Of a stretch of 64,000 nt of DNA, positions 51,493 to 64,000 are shown in pieces. This stretch comes from Dendrobates tinctorius. Taxonomy: Eukaryota. Within the stretch, counting starts at the first letter, position 1; every line of letters starts with the position of its first letter. Made by a program: the position numbers and the translations under genes. The stretch spans positions 16,926,001-16,990,000 of the forward strand of contig NW_027361684.1 in assembly GCF_039654945.1 (NCBI RefSeq), in the 5' to 3' direction. A model generated the notes under the pieces. The model saw only the letters and a list, made by a program, of their open reading frames with translations, was not told the origin of the DNA and searched no databases.

Positions 51493-52484
51493 ACGAGGAC
51501 GCCAGCACTACATACTCCCTCCATGTAAGTGTCCGATTTGGATATTTTCCATTGTTTAAACTTTTTAGTGCACCTTTTTGAGGCGCTCATTCAGAGCTAG
51601 ATGATATCGCCCTATCATAGAGTGCTTATATATATCTATTGGGTTATGCCCTTGTTTATAAGGAAATTTTCCATAATTTTAGTACGTTTAATCAGTTTAT
51701 ATGATAATAGTTTATATGGGTGTTACTATGGACACATGAGTTTGGCAATTTTTTGTAGGCATTTAGGCCTCTGCAATATTATGTAATTGTCAATGCCAGC
51801 TTTGGGTAAATGTGCAATATGGCTCCTCTTTAGGATTGCAGTATCCCTGTTTTATCTGTGAATTTTCTTGCTATGCTATGTTATTGTATTTAATAAAATT
51901 TGTAATTATTGGCAATTTATACTAGTTTGGTGTTGTGCATTTATCCATTTACCAACTGGATTCTTTTTATATCTTGATAGATTGAGTGATTCTGAATGCG
52001 GCGATACCAAATGTGTATTTTTTAATTTTTTTTTGTTTTATTTTGAATGGGGCGAAAGGGGGGTAATTTGAACGTTTATTTTTTTAATATATTTTTTAAA
52101 ACTTTTTTTTTTACTTTAAACTTGCTTCAATAGTCTCCATGGGAGGTTAGAAGCTCCAATAACCCTATCGTTTGGGCTACAGAGCAGAGCTTCAGCCCTG
52201 CTCTGAGTGGCAAAAATGCTCAATTGCCATGAGCGCCGACTGCTGGGTGGCACTCATAGCAATCCGGCAATGACAACCACAGGGGCCTGCTGCAGACCCC
52301 GGGTTGTCATGCCAACCCATCGGCGACCCGCGGTCATGTGACACGGACACCGATGGGCGGTATTAGTGATGTGCTTCCGGCGCAATCACATTAAATGCCG
52401 CTGTCAGAGATTGATAGCAGCATTTAACAGGTTAACAGCCGCTGGGGGATCACGATGCCACCTGCGGCTGTTGCAGGCACGTCA

Positions 52485-52884
52485 GGCTACTTTCACACTT
52501 GCGTCAGTACGGGCCCGTCGCACCGACGCATGTTGTGAAAGATTTGCACAATGGGGGCAGCGGATGCAGTTTTTCAACGCATCCGCTGCCCCATTGTAAT
52601 GTTCAGGGAGGAGGGGGCGGAGTTTCGGCCACGCATGCGCGGTCGAAAATGGCGGACACGACGCACAAAAAAAGTTACATGTAACTTTTTTTGTGTGTTG
52701 CGGCAGCCAAAACACGACGCATCCGTCGCACGATGGATGCGACGTGTGGCCATACGTCGCAAGGCGTCGCTAATGCAAGTGTATGGAGAAAAAACGCATC
52801 CTGCGGGCAACTTTGCAGGATGCGTTTTTTCTCCAAAACGGGGCATTGCAATGTACGTCACACGACGCTAGTGTGAAAGTAGCC
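52485..52884. mobile_element. Harbinger-type MITE
   Basis: TIRs GGCTACTTTCACACT / AGTGTGAAAGTAGCC; TCA TSD. Confidence 0.9.
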
Positions 52885-53569
52885 TCAGCTGTTCAAATTA
52901 GCTGATATGTGCTGAGAAAATGTGGGCTCAGCGCCGGAACCCACATCAAAGGGAGAGACACAACATGCGCAGTACATGTACCGTGAATGTCATGAAGCGA
53001 TCATATTATAGATGCGATCATGCTGCAGCGCAGGCGACTGCTGAATGTGATTTTTTTTCACTACATATTCAGTATGTAAAATAGGGGGCAGGACACTGAG
53101 GGATCTGTGGCCTGTTATAAGCCATCAGTAAGAATACCTAATAAGAGCACCCATAAAGCTCCACCCCGAAGCACAAGGATATCATTAACTGAAAACTACA
53201 AATACAGACGACAACCACAAGACGGATTTCATCAATCAAGGTATCATTTTAATCAGAGCTCACCGACACAAAAAGAGGACTTAGAAATCCTCCAAAAAAT
53301 TTTTTCTGTCAAAAAACACCAGAAAAAGGCAGAGATGCTTATCTGCCCAGGACTCCAAACAATTGCACTATCGGGGTGCAGCAAACCCAATTAAAGATGG
53401 CGGTTACACAGGTGCAGCAATACCGATGAAACAACCACCCTGACAATCTATAACTGGTGGTTGTTAGGTATATTAGTGCATAAAAAATGATAATCTGTAT
53501 GCGGCATTATTAACACACAGGTAATGCAGAGCATTTAGCTTACAGCCTATTAGTGACGCCCATACTCTT

Positions 53570-53910
53570 AGATCAGAGGCATTACTATGCGGGGGACACG
53601 GTAGGTGGCATTGCTATGTGGGGGGCACAGTGGTGGCACTGCTATGCGGGGGATGTGGGGGGGCACAGTGGTGGCATTACTATGTGGGGAAACAGCAGTG
53701 GCATAGTATGTGGGGGGCACAGTGGTGGCATTAATAAGAGGGGGGCACAGTGGTACGCATTACTTTGTTGGGGACACAGTGGTGGCATTAACATGTGGGG
53801 GGGTACAGTGGTGGCATTACTATGTGGGGAAACAGCAGTGGCATAGTATGTGGGGGGCACAGTGGTGGCAATACTATATGGGGGGCACAGTGGTGGCATT
53901 AATAAGCGGG
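53570..53910. repeat. G-rich ~30-bp minisatellite in a hAT-like relic ending CCAGTCCGGCCCTG at ~54313
   Basis: gggggcacagtggtggcattactatgt variants in tandem. Confidence 0.75.
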
Positions 53911-54529
53911 GCACTAAGGAGCACTGTAGTTGTACCACACAGCAGGTGCAGTTACAGGGGCACATTTGCAGCAGTGGCTCAGCCAGGTACAGACTGGGGC
54001 TGATATTCAGCCCTGGCATGTGAAATCACACAGGCCCATGCTGTCCCCGTCCCCAAGCACCAGATGGGATATATTACTAATATTACCCTGGATGGAGGAA
54101 AGGAAGATTTACTACAAGACCAATATTTCTAATGACACCCGTGGCCTGCTGGGGTAAGTGACGGAGTCAGCAATTTTTTGCCTCGTCACATCTCTTAACA
54201 GAATGGGGTGTCTTGAAAACACCGATTCCGTTAACATAGCAGACAAGACAGCCCACAACCAGACAGGCCCTTTTAGCATTTGCCAGAATTGACATATGGC
54301 CAGTCCGGCCCTGGCTCAGTATCGGGGTATCAGCAGGATGAGTTTGTGCTGGTTGGGGATAGAGGGGGACGTTCTAGAAGTGTGAGGTCAGATGTGTCTG
54401 TGTTGTAATCTCAACAGATGAGAAAAAAACAAGAAAAAGTATTACAACTCTAGAAACACAAGAACGTACACTAAAAAATAAAGCCCATCCAGCCCTGATG
54501 GGGATATTACGGGACAAATAAGACTATAG

Positions 54530-54911
54530 ATGGCGCCCTCTAATGACGATGCTACTGCCGGGGTGGTTCCCTATAACGTCCGGGACAAGCGCTACACTAA
54601 ACTGCATAACGTCAGGCTATACACAGGACGCAGCGATAAGGAGGCGGTCACCCTCTAGCACCGCCTGCCTTCAGTCGGCCGCAAGCCCAGCCCCGACACA
54701 GAGTGGTAAACATTACGTCACCAAGTCACGTGATCATCATCACTAGCAGGCTTTCGAAACAACTGTCTGTTTCAAAATGAGGCTCGGAACGCAGACCTGA
54801 TTTAATTTCTGATTGGTCTCCTGTCAGCCTATGGGATCTTGTGAGATTGGGTTTTGAACTTGTGGCGCTGATTAAGGCGAGCACAGTCAGCAACGCTTGT
54901 GGTGTTGTGAG
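54530..54911 (+). promoter_or_regulatory. CpG-rich promoter and non-coding first exon with CCAAT/CHR architecture; candidate spag5 5' end
   Basis: TTACGTCA ~54713, GTCACGTG ~54725, TTCAAA 54771, ATTGG 54812 and 54846, TTTGAA 54853; donor GAG|GTAAC at 54911/54912. Confidence 0.6.
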
Positions 54912-55134
54912 GTAACGGGTGTCTGCTGGGCGTAGTAGTGGGGGCCTGCTCTAACGATGGCTGACAGTTAGTAATTAGCTATTACTGACAGTGGTGTCAT
55001 GGCGCAGCTCCTGGGAGTCTGTGTATCCCTGCCTCCGACGTCATTCCGGGTGTCTCTGTGTAACATCTGTGTCACTACACGGAGGTGTAAGGGCGGCTAG
55101 CAATACCAAAAGGCAGCTGTCTGTAAAAGAGAGA

Positions 55135-56408
55135 GAGTGGGTATATAATATATATGTAATGCGTGTGTATATAATATATATGTAATGTGTGTGTGCATAA
55201 TATATATGTACTGTGTGTGTGTATAATATTTATGTAATGCGTGTGTGTGTATAATATGTGTGTGTATATAATATATATATAATGCGTGTGTGTGTATATA
55301 TAATATACAGTATATGTAATGCGTGTGTGTGTATATATAATTTATATGTAATGTGTGTGTCTGTATGTATAATATATATGTAATGCGTGTGTGTGTATAT
55401 ATAATTTATATGTAATGTGTGTGTCTGTATGTATAATATATATAATGCGTGTGTGTATAATATGTGTGTATGTATAATATATGTAATGCGTGTGTGTGTA
55501 TATAATATATGTAATGCGTGTGTGTATAATATATATATTATATATAATGCGTGTGTGTATAATATGTGTGTGTATATAATGCGTGTGTGTGTGTGTATAT
55601 ATAATATGTAATACGTGTGTGTGTGTATATGTAATGTGTGTGTGTGTATATATAATATGTAATGCGTGTGTGTACACGTATGTAATGCGTGTGTGTACAC
55701 GTATGTAATGCGTGTGTGTACACGTATGTAATGCGTGTGTGTACACGTATGTAATGCGTGTGTGTACACGTATGTAATGCGTGTGTGTACACGTATGTAA
55801 TGCGTGTGTGTACACGTATGTAATGCGTGTGTGTACACGTATGTAATGCGTGTGTGTACACGTATGTAATGCGTGTGTGTACACGTATGTAATGCGTGTG
55901 TGTACACGTATGTAATGCGTGTGTGTACACGTATGTAATGCGTGTGTGTACACGTATGTAATGCGTGTGTGTACACGTATGTAATGCGTGTGTGTACACG
56001 TATGTAATGCGTGTGTGTACACGTATGTAATGCGTGTGTGTACACGTATGTAATGCGTGTGTGTACACGTATGTAATGCGTGTGTGTACACGTATGTAAT
56101 GCGTGTGTGTACACGTATGTAATGCGTGTGTGTACACGTATGTAATGCGTGTGTGTACACGTATGTAATGCGTGTGTGTACACGTATGTAATGCGTGTGT
56201 GTACACGTATGTAATGCGTGTGTGTACACGTATGTAATGCGTGTGTGTACACGTATGTAATGCGTGTGTGTACACGTATGTAATGCGTGTGTGTACACGT
56301 ATGTAATGCGTGTGTGTACACGTATGTAATGCGTGTGTGTACACGTATGTAATGCGTGTGTGTACACGTATGTAATGCGTGTGTGTACACGTATGTAATG
56401 CGTGTGTG
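55135..56408. repeat. Minisatellite: degenerate left part, then ~32 perfect copies of the 23-bp unit TGTAATGCGTGTGTGTACACGTA (55658-56408)
   Basis: Directly visible; gives 23-aa-periodic ORFs in all three minus frames. Confidence 0.97.
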
Positions 56409-56415
56409 GAATATA

Positions 56416-58047
<1,632 letters not shown>

Positions 58048-61045
58048 TATATGTAGTGTGTGTTTGTTGTGATTTAACGGGGCTTCCTCTTCCAGGAAGG
58101 TTGGTCCCAAACACTGAAAGGTACCTAAAATAACAAACAAAGTCCCCACCCTCCCTTGGTCCAACACCAGCTCCCTCCTTACCTTGTGGCCACAGAGTTG
58201 GCTGCAGGGTGACATTACGTCAACGACTCGCATCACCGCTGCCGCCAGTCACTTAGCTCCGCTGTTTACCTCTGTGCAGTCACTGAGCTTAGTGATTGGC
58301 TACATCAGTAAGGTGATCTTATCACTGCGTCACCCGAACAATTGCATGGAGAGCCGCACAGTGCTTAACCCCTTAATCCCATGTGACGTACTATCCCGTC
58401 CATGTGCCCTAGGACTTAATTCCCAGGGACGGGATAGTACGTCACAGCGATCAGCGGCGCCCACGTGGTGAGCGCCGCTGATCGCGGCCGGGTGTCAGCT
58501 AATTATCACAGCTGACACCCGGCACAATGTGTCAGGGGCGGTCATGGACCGCCCCGACACGTTAACCCCTTGCACACCGCGATCAAACACGATCGCGGTG
58601 TACCGGGGGTTAAAGGGAAGCATCGGCAGGGAGGGGGCTCCCTCCGTGCTTCCCTGAGCCCCCCACGGCAGCGCAATGTGCAGCGCTGTTGCGGGGGGCT
58701 CTATCCCTGCAGGCCCCCGAATCCAAGATGGCGACGGGGGCCTGCAGGGAGCTGGCTTCCTCAGTGCCTGCAAAGCGCAGGCACGAGGAAGTCTGCTGCA
58801 CTGCCTGTGACAGATCGCTGATCTGTCACAGTGATCTGTGATGTGACAGATCAGCGATCTGTCACAGGACAGTGATGTCCCACCTGGGACAATGTAATAA
58901 AGTTAAAAACTTTTTTAAAACAAGCGTTAAAATAATTTAAAAAAAAAATCGCTAAATTAGAAAAAAAAAATTCCCCAATAAATTCATTTTTTGGAAATAA
59001 AAAAAACAAACAATAAAAGTACACATTTGGTATCGCCGCATCCGTAACGACCTGCCCTATAAAACTGTCCCATTAGTTAACCCCTTTAGCGAACCCCTTA
59101 AAAAATAAAAAACGAAGCAAAAAATAAAAAACGAAGCAAAAAATAATGATTTATTATCATATCGCCGAACAAAAAGTGCAATAACGTGCGATCAAAAAGA
59201 CACATATAAATATCCATGGTACCGCTGAAAACGTCATCTTGTCCTGCAAAAAACGAGCCGCCACACAGCATCATCAGCGAAAAAATAAGTTATAGCTCGC
59301 AGAATAAAGCGATGCAAAAATAATTATTTTTTTATATAAAATAGGTTTCATTGCATAAAAGCGCCAAAACATAAAAAAAGACATAAATGTGGTATCGCTG
59401 TAATTGTACTGACCCGAAGAATAAAATCGCTCTATCAGTTTTTCTGCACGCGGAACGGTGTAAACGCACCCCCCAAAAGAAATTCATGAAACGCTGGTTT
59501 TTGTTCTTTCTGCGTCCAAAAAATCGGAATAAAAAGCGATCAAAAAATGTCACGTGCCCGGAAATGGTACCAATAAAAACGTCAACTCGTCCCGCAAAAA
59601 TTAAGACCTCACATGACTCGGTGGGTCAAAATACGGAAATATTATAGCTCTCAATATGTGGTGATGCAAAAACTATTTTTACAATAAAAAGCGTCTTTTA
59701 GCGTGTGACAGCTGCCAAACATAGAAACCGCCATAAATAGTAAATCAAACCCCCCGTTATCACCCCCTTAGTTAGAGAAAAATAATAAAATTAAAAGAAA
59801 ATGTATTTATTTCCATTTTCCCGCTAGGGTTAGGGCTGAGATTAGGGTTAGGGGTGTGTTGGAGTTAGAATTGGGGGTTTCCACTGTTTGGGCACATCAG
59901 GTGCTCTCCAAACGCAACACGGCGTCTGATCTCAATTCCAGCCAATTCTGCGTTGAAAAAGTCAAATGGTGCTCCTTCCCTTCCAAGCTCTGCTATGCGC
60001 CCAAACAGTGTTTTACCCCCACATATAGGGTATCAGCCTACTCAGGACAAATTGCAAACAACTTTTGGGGTCCAATTTCTCCTGTTACCCTTAGGAAAAT
60101 AAAAAATTGGGGGCAAAAATATCATTTTTGTGGAAAAAATGATTTTTTTATTTTCACGCCCGGGCGTTATAAACTTCTGTGAAGCACTTGGGGGTTCAAA
60201 GTGCTCACCACACAACTAGATAAGTTCCTTAGGGGGTCTAGTTTCCAAGATGGGGTCACTTGTGGGGGGTTTCCACTGTTTAGGTACATCAGGGGCTCTC
60301 CAAAAGCAACATGATACCCGCAGACCATTCCATCAAAGTCTGCATTCCAAAACGTCACTACTTCCCTTCCGATCCCCGACGTGTGCCCATGCAGTAGTTT
60401 TCTCCCACATATGGGGTATCAGCGTACTCAGGACAAATTGGAAAACAACTTTTGGGATCCAATTTCTCCTGGTACCCTTGGGAAAATAATATACAGCAAT
60501 TAGTGAAATTTAAAACTTAACTTTTACTAATATAATAAAAGATTAGAACAACATGTGTGTCACCAAGATTCATAAAAATGGTCGATTAAGTGAAGATACC
60601 TGATGATACAACAAAGAATCAGGTCCCAAAATGACCCATACAAGGATATTTGTTACCTAAGTGCAACTAGACAACAAATCATAGGATATGGCGACTTAAT
60701 AGTTCATTATACACGCCATAACCAAAAAACCTTCACATATATATATAAATGCAGTTATTGAAAGCCCATAATAATGGCTATACATATATACAATATGAAT
60801 GAGATCATTGAAGCAATGAAAAAATTAGAACAATCTCACCCAAGAGTTGAAAGAAAGACGGGAGTCTTCAGGGATCACACCGTGACCGAGTTCCCTGGAA
60901 GGAGAAATAGGGAGGACAATACCCTGTCAGTCCCTATGGGGCTAGCAGTCATCTAATCCCCAGAACTCCCGCCCTGACAAGGGCAGTCCACAACTAACCC
61001 TATTGCACATGCCCTGCACTTTCCCTAAAACGGGGTGGTGTCTTT

Positions 61046-61084
61046 GTCCCAACGCGTTTCGTCCAAGCGAACTCCTCAGGGGAC
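61046..61084 (-). ncRNA. Canonical type I hammerhead ribozyme
   Basis: Reverse complement: gtccc-CTGAGGA-gttc-gctt-ggac-GAAA-cgcg-tt-gggac; all core nucleotides and stems I and II intact. Confidence 0.9.
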
Positions 61085-61861
61085 TAGCTTGTCATAAAGT
61101 GCCATAGTGCTAAAGCTGAAGAGACAGTTGTAACCTTCTACTCTTAATGCTATCTGCAGAGAGTGAAGGGAAAAGGGCATATTTATAAGAATACACTTCC
61201 TGTGTAATCACCAAAATGATTAACAGATGTCACTATAATCAGTTCAGCTGTGGTTCATGATGATATCAAAGGAATCTCCCAGTATCATACCTGTTTGCTG
61301 CCAGTTTCAAAAAAATGCGCCATTAACATGGTGGTCTGCGATGCATGTCATAGGTGTGCGCCACTCACTAGAATGCACGGCTTTTCCTGCGGCGTGCACG
61401 CTAAAAGATGCCGACCTGCGCGTCAACGTTGTGAACACGCCATACACGTGGTATGAGATGCGTATCATAGCGGATATACACCGCTCAATCCAATACATGG
61501 TGTTACCGGCGGCGCGTGCGCTCACAAAGCGTTAAACCAAAAGGTGCTGACCTGCGTGTTCCCGTTGCCCACATCAGGTACACGTCACTTCCGGTGGCGT
61601 GCGCGCTTACATGGGACTAAACCATAGGATACAAAACTACGCATCCCCTCCACCAGCACTTCCGGACCTTGAGGCGCACGCTAGCAGGTGTGCCCGCTCC
61701 TCTGGAACGCTTATGTAATTTCCTGTGCGCCCACATGTTAATCTGTGGAGCACATCAGTAAAAAGTGTCCCACTTCCAATATGGCAAACATATAATGGCC
61801 AAATCAGTTCCATTGCCAAAACGTTCCTCAAGTATTGCTGGCAATAACCACATATATCTTA

Positions 61862-62979
61862 AGAAATGAAAAAATGAAAGACATACAAGACCACTGATAA
61901 TCTCCCTCGATCTGGTGCTCCACGCAAAATCCCACCCCGTGGGGTCAGAATGATCACAAGAACGGTGAGCAAAAATCCCAGAACCTCGCGGGGGGACCTA
62001 GTGAATGAACTGCAGAGAGCTGGGACCAATGTAACAAGGCCTACCATAAGTAACACACTACGCCACCATTGACTCAGATCCTGCAGTGCCAGACGTGTCC
62101 CACTGCTTAAGCCTGTACATGTCCGGGCCCGTCTGAAGTTTGCTAGAGAGCATTTGGATGATCCAGAGGAGTTTTGGGAGAATGTCCTATGGTCTGATGA
62201 AACCAAACTGGAACTGTTTGGTAGAAACACAACTTGTCGTGTTTGGAGGAAAAAGAATACTGAGTTGCATCCATCAAACACCATACCCACTGTAAAGCAT
62301 GGTGGTGGAAACATCATGCTTTGGGGCTGTTTCTCTGCAAAGGGGCCAGGACGACTGATCCGGGTACATGAAAGAATGAATGGGGCCATGTATCGTGAGA
62401 TTTTGAGTGCAAACCTCCTTCCATCAGCAAGGGCATTGAAGATGAAACGTGGCTGGGTCTTTCAACATGACAATGATCCAAAGCACACCGCCAGGGCAAC
62501 GAAGGAGTGGCTTCGTAAGAAGCATTTCAAGGTCCTGGAGTGGCCTAGCCAGTCTCCAGATCTCAACCCTATAGAAAACCTTTGGAGGGAGTTGAAAGTC
62601 CGTGTTGCCAAGCGAAAAGCCAAAAACATCACTGCTCTACAGGAGATCTGCATGGAGGAATGGGCCAACATACCAACAACAGTGTGTGGCAACCTTGTGA
62701 AGACTTACAGAAAGCGTTTGACCTCTGTCATTGCCAACAAAGGATATATCACAAAGTATTGAGATGAAATTTTGTTTCTGACCAAATACTTATTTTCCAC
62801 CATAATATGCAAATAAAATGAAAAAAAAAACAGACAATGTGATTTTCTGGATTTTTTTTTTTCAGTTTGTCTCCCATAGTTGAGGTCTACCTATGATGTA
62901 AATTACAGACGCCTCTCATCTTTTTAAGTGGTGGAACTTGCACTATTGCTGACTGACTAAATACTTTTTTGCCCCACTG
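61862..62979 (+). mobile_element. 5'-deleted second copy of the 35432-37037 Tc1
   Basis: Nearly identical to ~35930-37037; right TIR and TA intact; left TIR absent; premature stops. Confidence 0.93.
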
Positions 62980-64000
62980 TATGTAAAGCCATTATTATGG
63001 GCTTTCAATAACTGCATTTATATATATGTGAAGGTTTTTTTGTTATGGCGTATATAATGAACTATTAAGTCGCCATATCCTATGATTTGTTGTCTGGTTG
63101 CACTTAGGTAACAAATATCCTTGTATGGGTCGTTTTGGGACCTGATTCTTTGTTGTATCATCAGGTATCTTCACTTAATCGACCATTTTTATGAATCTTG
63201 GTGACACACATTTTGTTCTAATCTTTTATTATATTAGTAAAAGTTAAGTTTTAAATTTCACTAATTGCTGTATATTATGTTTACTTTTCTTTGGTGAATT
63301 CAGCACATGTCAATCACCGACAGAGTGATTATTGCTTTATACCCTTGGGAAAATAAAAAAAATTGGTGACTAAAAGATCATGTTTGTGGAAAAAATACAA
63401 TTTTTTTATTTTCACGCCCGGGCGTTATAAACTTCTGTGAAGCACTGGAGGGGTCAAAGTGCTCACCATACATCTAGATAAGTTCCTTGGAGGGTCTAGT
63501 TTCCAAAATGGTGTCATTTGTGGGGGGTTTCCACTGTTTTGGTACATCAGGGGCTTTCCAAACGCGACATTGTGTCCGATCTCAATTCCAGCCCAAAACG
63601 TCAAATGGCGCTGCTTCCCTTCCGAGCTCTGCCATGCGCCCAAATAGTGGTCTACCCCCACATGTGGGGTATCAGCGTACTCTGGACAAATTGCACAATA
63701 ACTTTTAGGGTCCTGTTACCCTTGAAAAAATAAAAATTGGGGGTGAAAAGATCATTTTTGTGGAAAAAATATGATTTTTTAATTGTACCGCTGTACGTTA
63801 TAAACTTCTGTGAAGCCCTTGTGGGTTCAAAGGTCTCACCACATATCTAGATAAGTTCCTTGAGGGGTCTAGTTTCAAAATGGGGTCACTTGTGGGGGGT
63901 TTCCACTGTTTAGGGTCTTCAGGGTCTCTCCAAACGTGACATGGCGTCCGATCTGAATTCCAGCCAATTTTGCATTGAAAAAGTCAAACGGCGCTCCTTA

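Larger units (their letters stand above)
49266..51943 (+). mobile_element. Non-coding Penelope-type insertion made of two inverted ~1.25-kb pLTR arms
   Basis: Arms ~49318-50580 and ~50695-51943; TSD TCCATTTACCAA(T/C)TG at 49251-49265 and 51944-51958; the left arm has a ~50-nt terminal extension; one hammerhead per arm. Confidence 0.85.
48454..53000. mobile_element. piggyBac-like non-autonomous element (TTAA|CCCCTT end) hosting three insertions
   Basis: TTAACCCCTTCAC at 48450; internal sequence related in reverse orientation to the 58369 element; degenerate right end ~52998. Confidence 0.6.
60490..63339 (-). mobile_element. Penelope pLTR insertion with an inverted arm (62980-63339), interrupted by a truncated Tc1
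   Basis: 17-bp TSD TACCCTTGGGAAAATAA at 60473-60489 and 63340-63356; 60488-60787 mirrors 62980-63279; pLTR homologous to ~17570-18010. Confidence 0.88.
58369..64000. mobile_element. Large piggyBac-like non-autonomous element with internal ~0.4-kb tandem repeats; runs off the window
   Basis: TTAA|CCCCTT left end; repeat anchor GGGGTTTCCACTGTTT at ~59874, 60267, 63524 and 63896. Confidence 0.65.

Noticed and set aside
49477-51786. Duplicated 96-aa and 61-aa ORFs on opposite strands
   Set aside because: A by-product of the inverted repeat; no recognisable domain.
59823-59855. TTAGGG-like motifs as an interstitial telomere
   Set aside because: Only a few degenerate units, inside a transposon.

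Overview
Vertebrate genomic DNA, most likely a frog (inferred from the Tc1, Harbinger, T2-MITE and Penelope repertoire). It holds one complete host gene, rskr/sgk494 (12 coding exons, 19965-40025, +, 396 aa when spliced), and a cell-cycle-type promoter with a first exon at ~54.5-54.9 kb that may belong to spag5 (inferred from synteny). The rest is densely nested transposons: a full-length L1 inside a Penelope element, a second L1 next to an rskr splice donor, two solo LTRs, two intact Tc1-superfamily transposases (DD34E and DD36E/Incomer) plus decayed copies, and hAT, Harbinger, T2 and piggyBac-like non-autonomous elements. Two signals stand out. (1) Four Penelope-like retroelements carry hammerhead ribozymes in their pseudo-LTRs, each behind a TATA box, and three of them form large inverted repeats. 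(2) A processed CYP46A1-like retrocopy sits inside one of those pseudo-LTRs. It appears to record an unusual spliced isoform: a foreign 58-nt first exon joined to exon 6, plus a 156-nt stop-containing cassette between exons 13 and 14. All calls are by eye; no searches were run.
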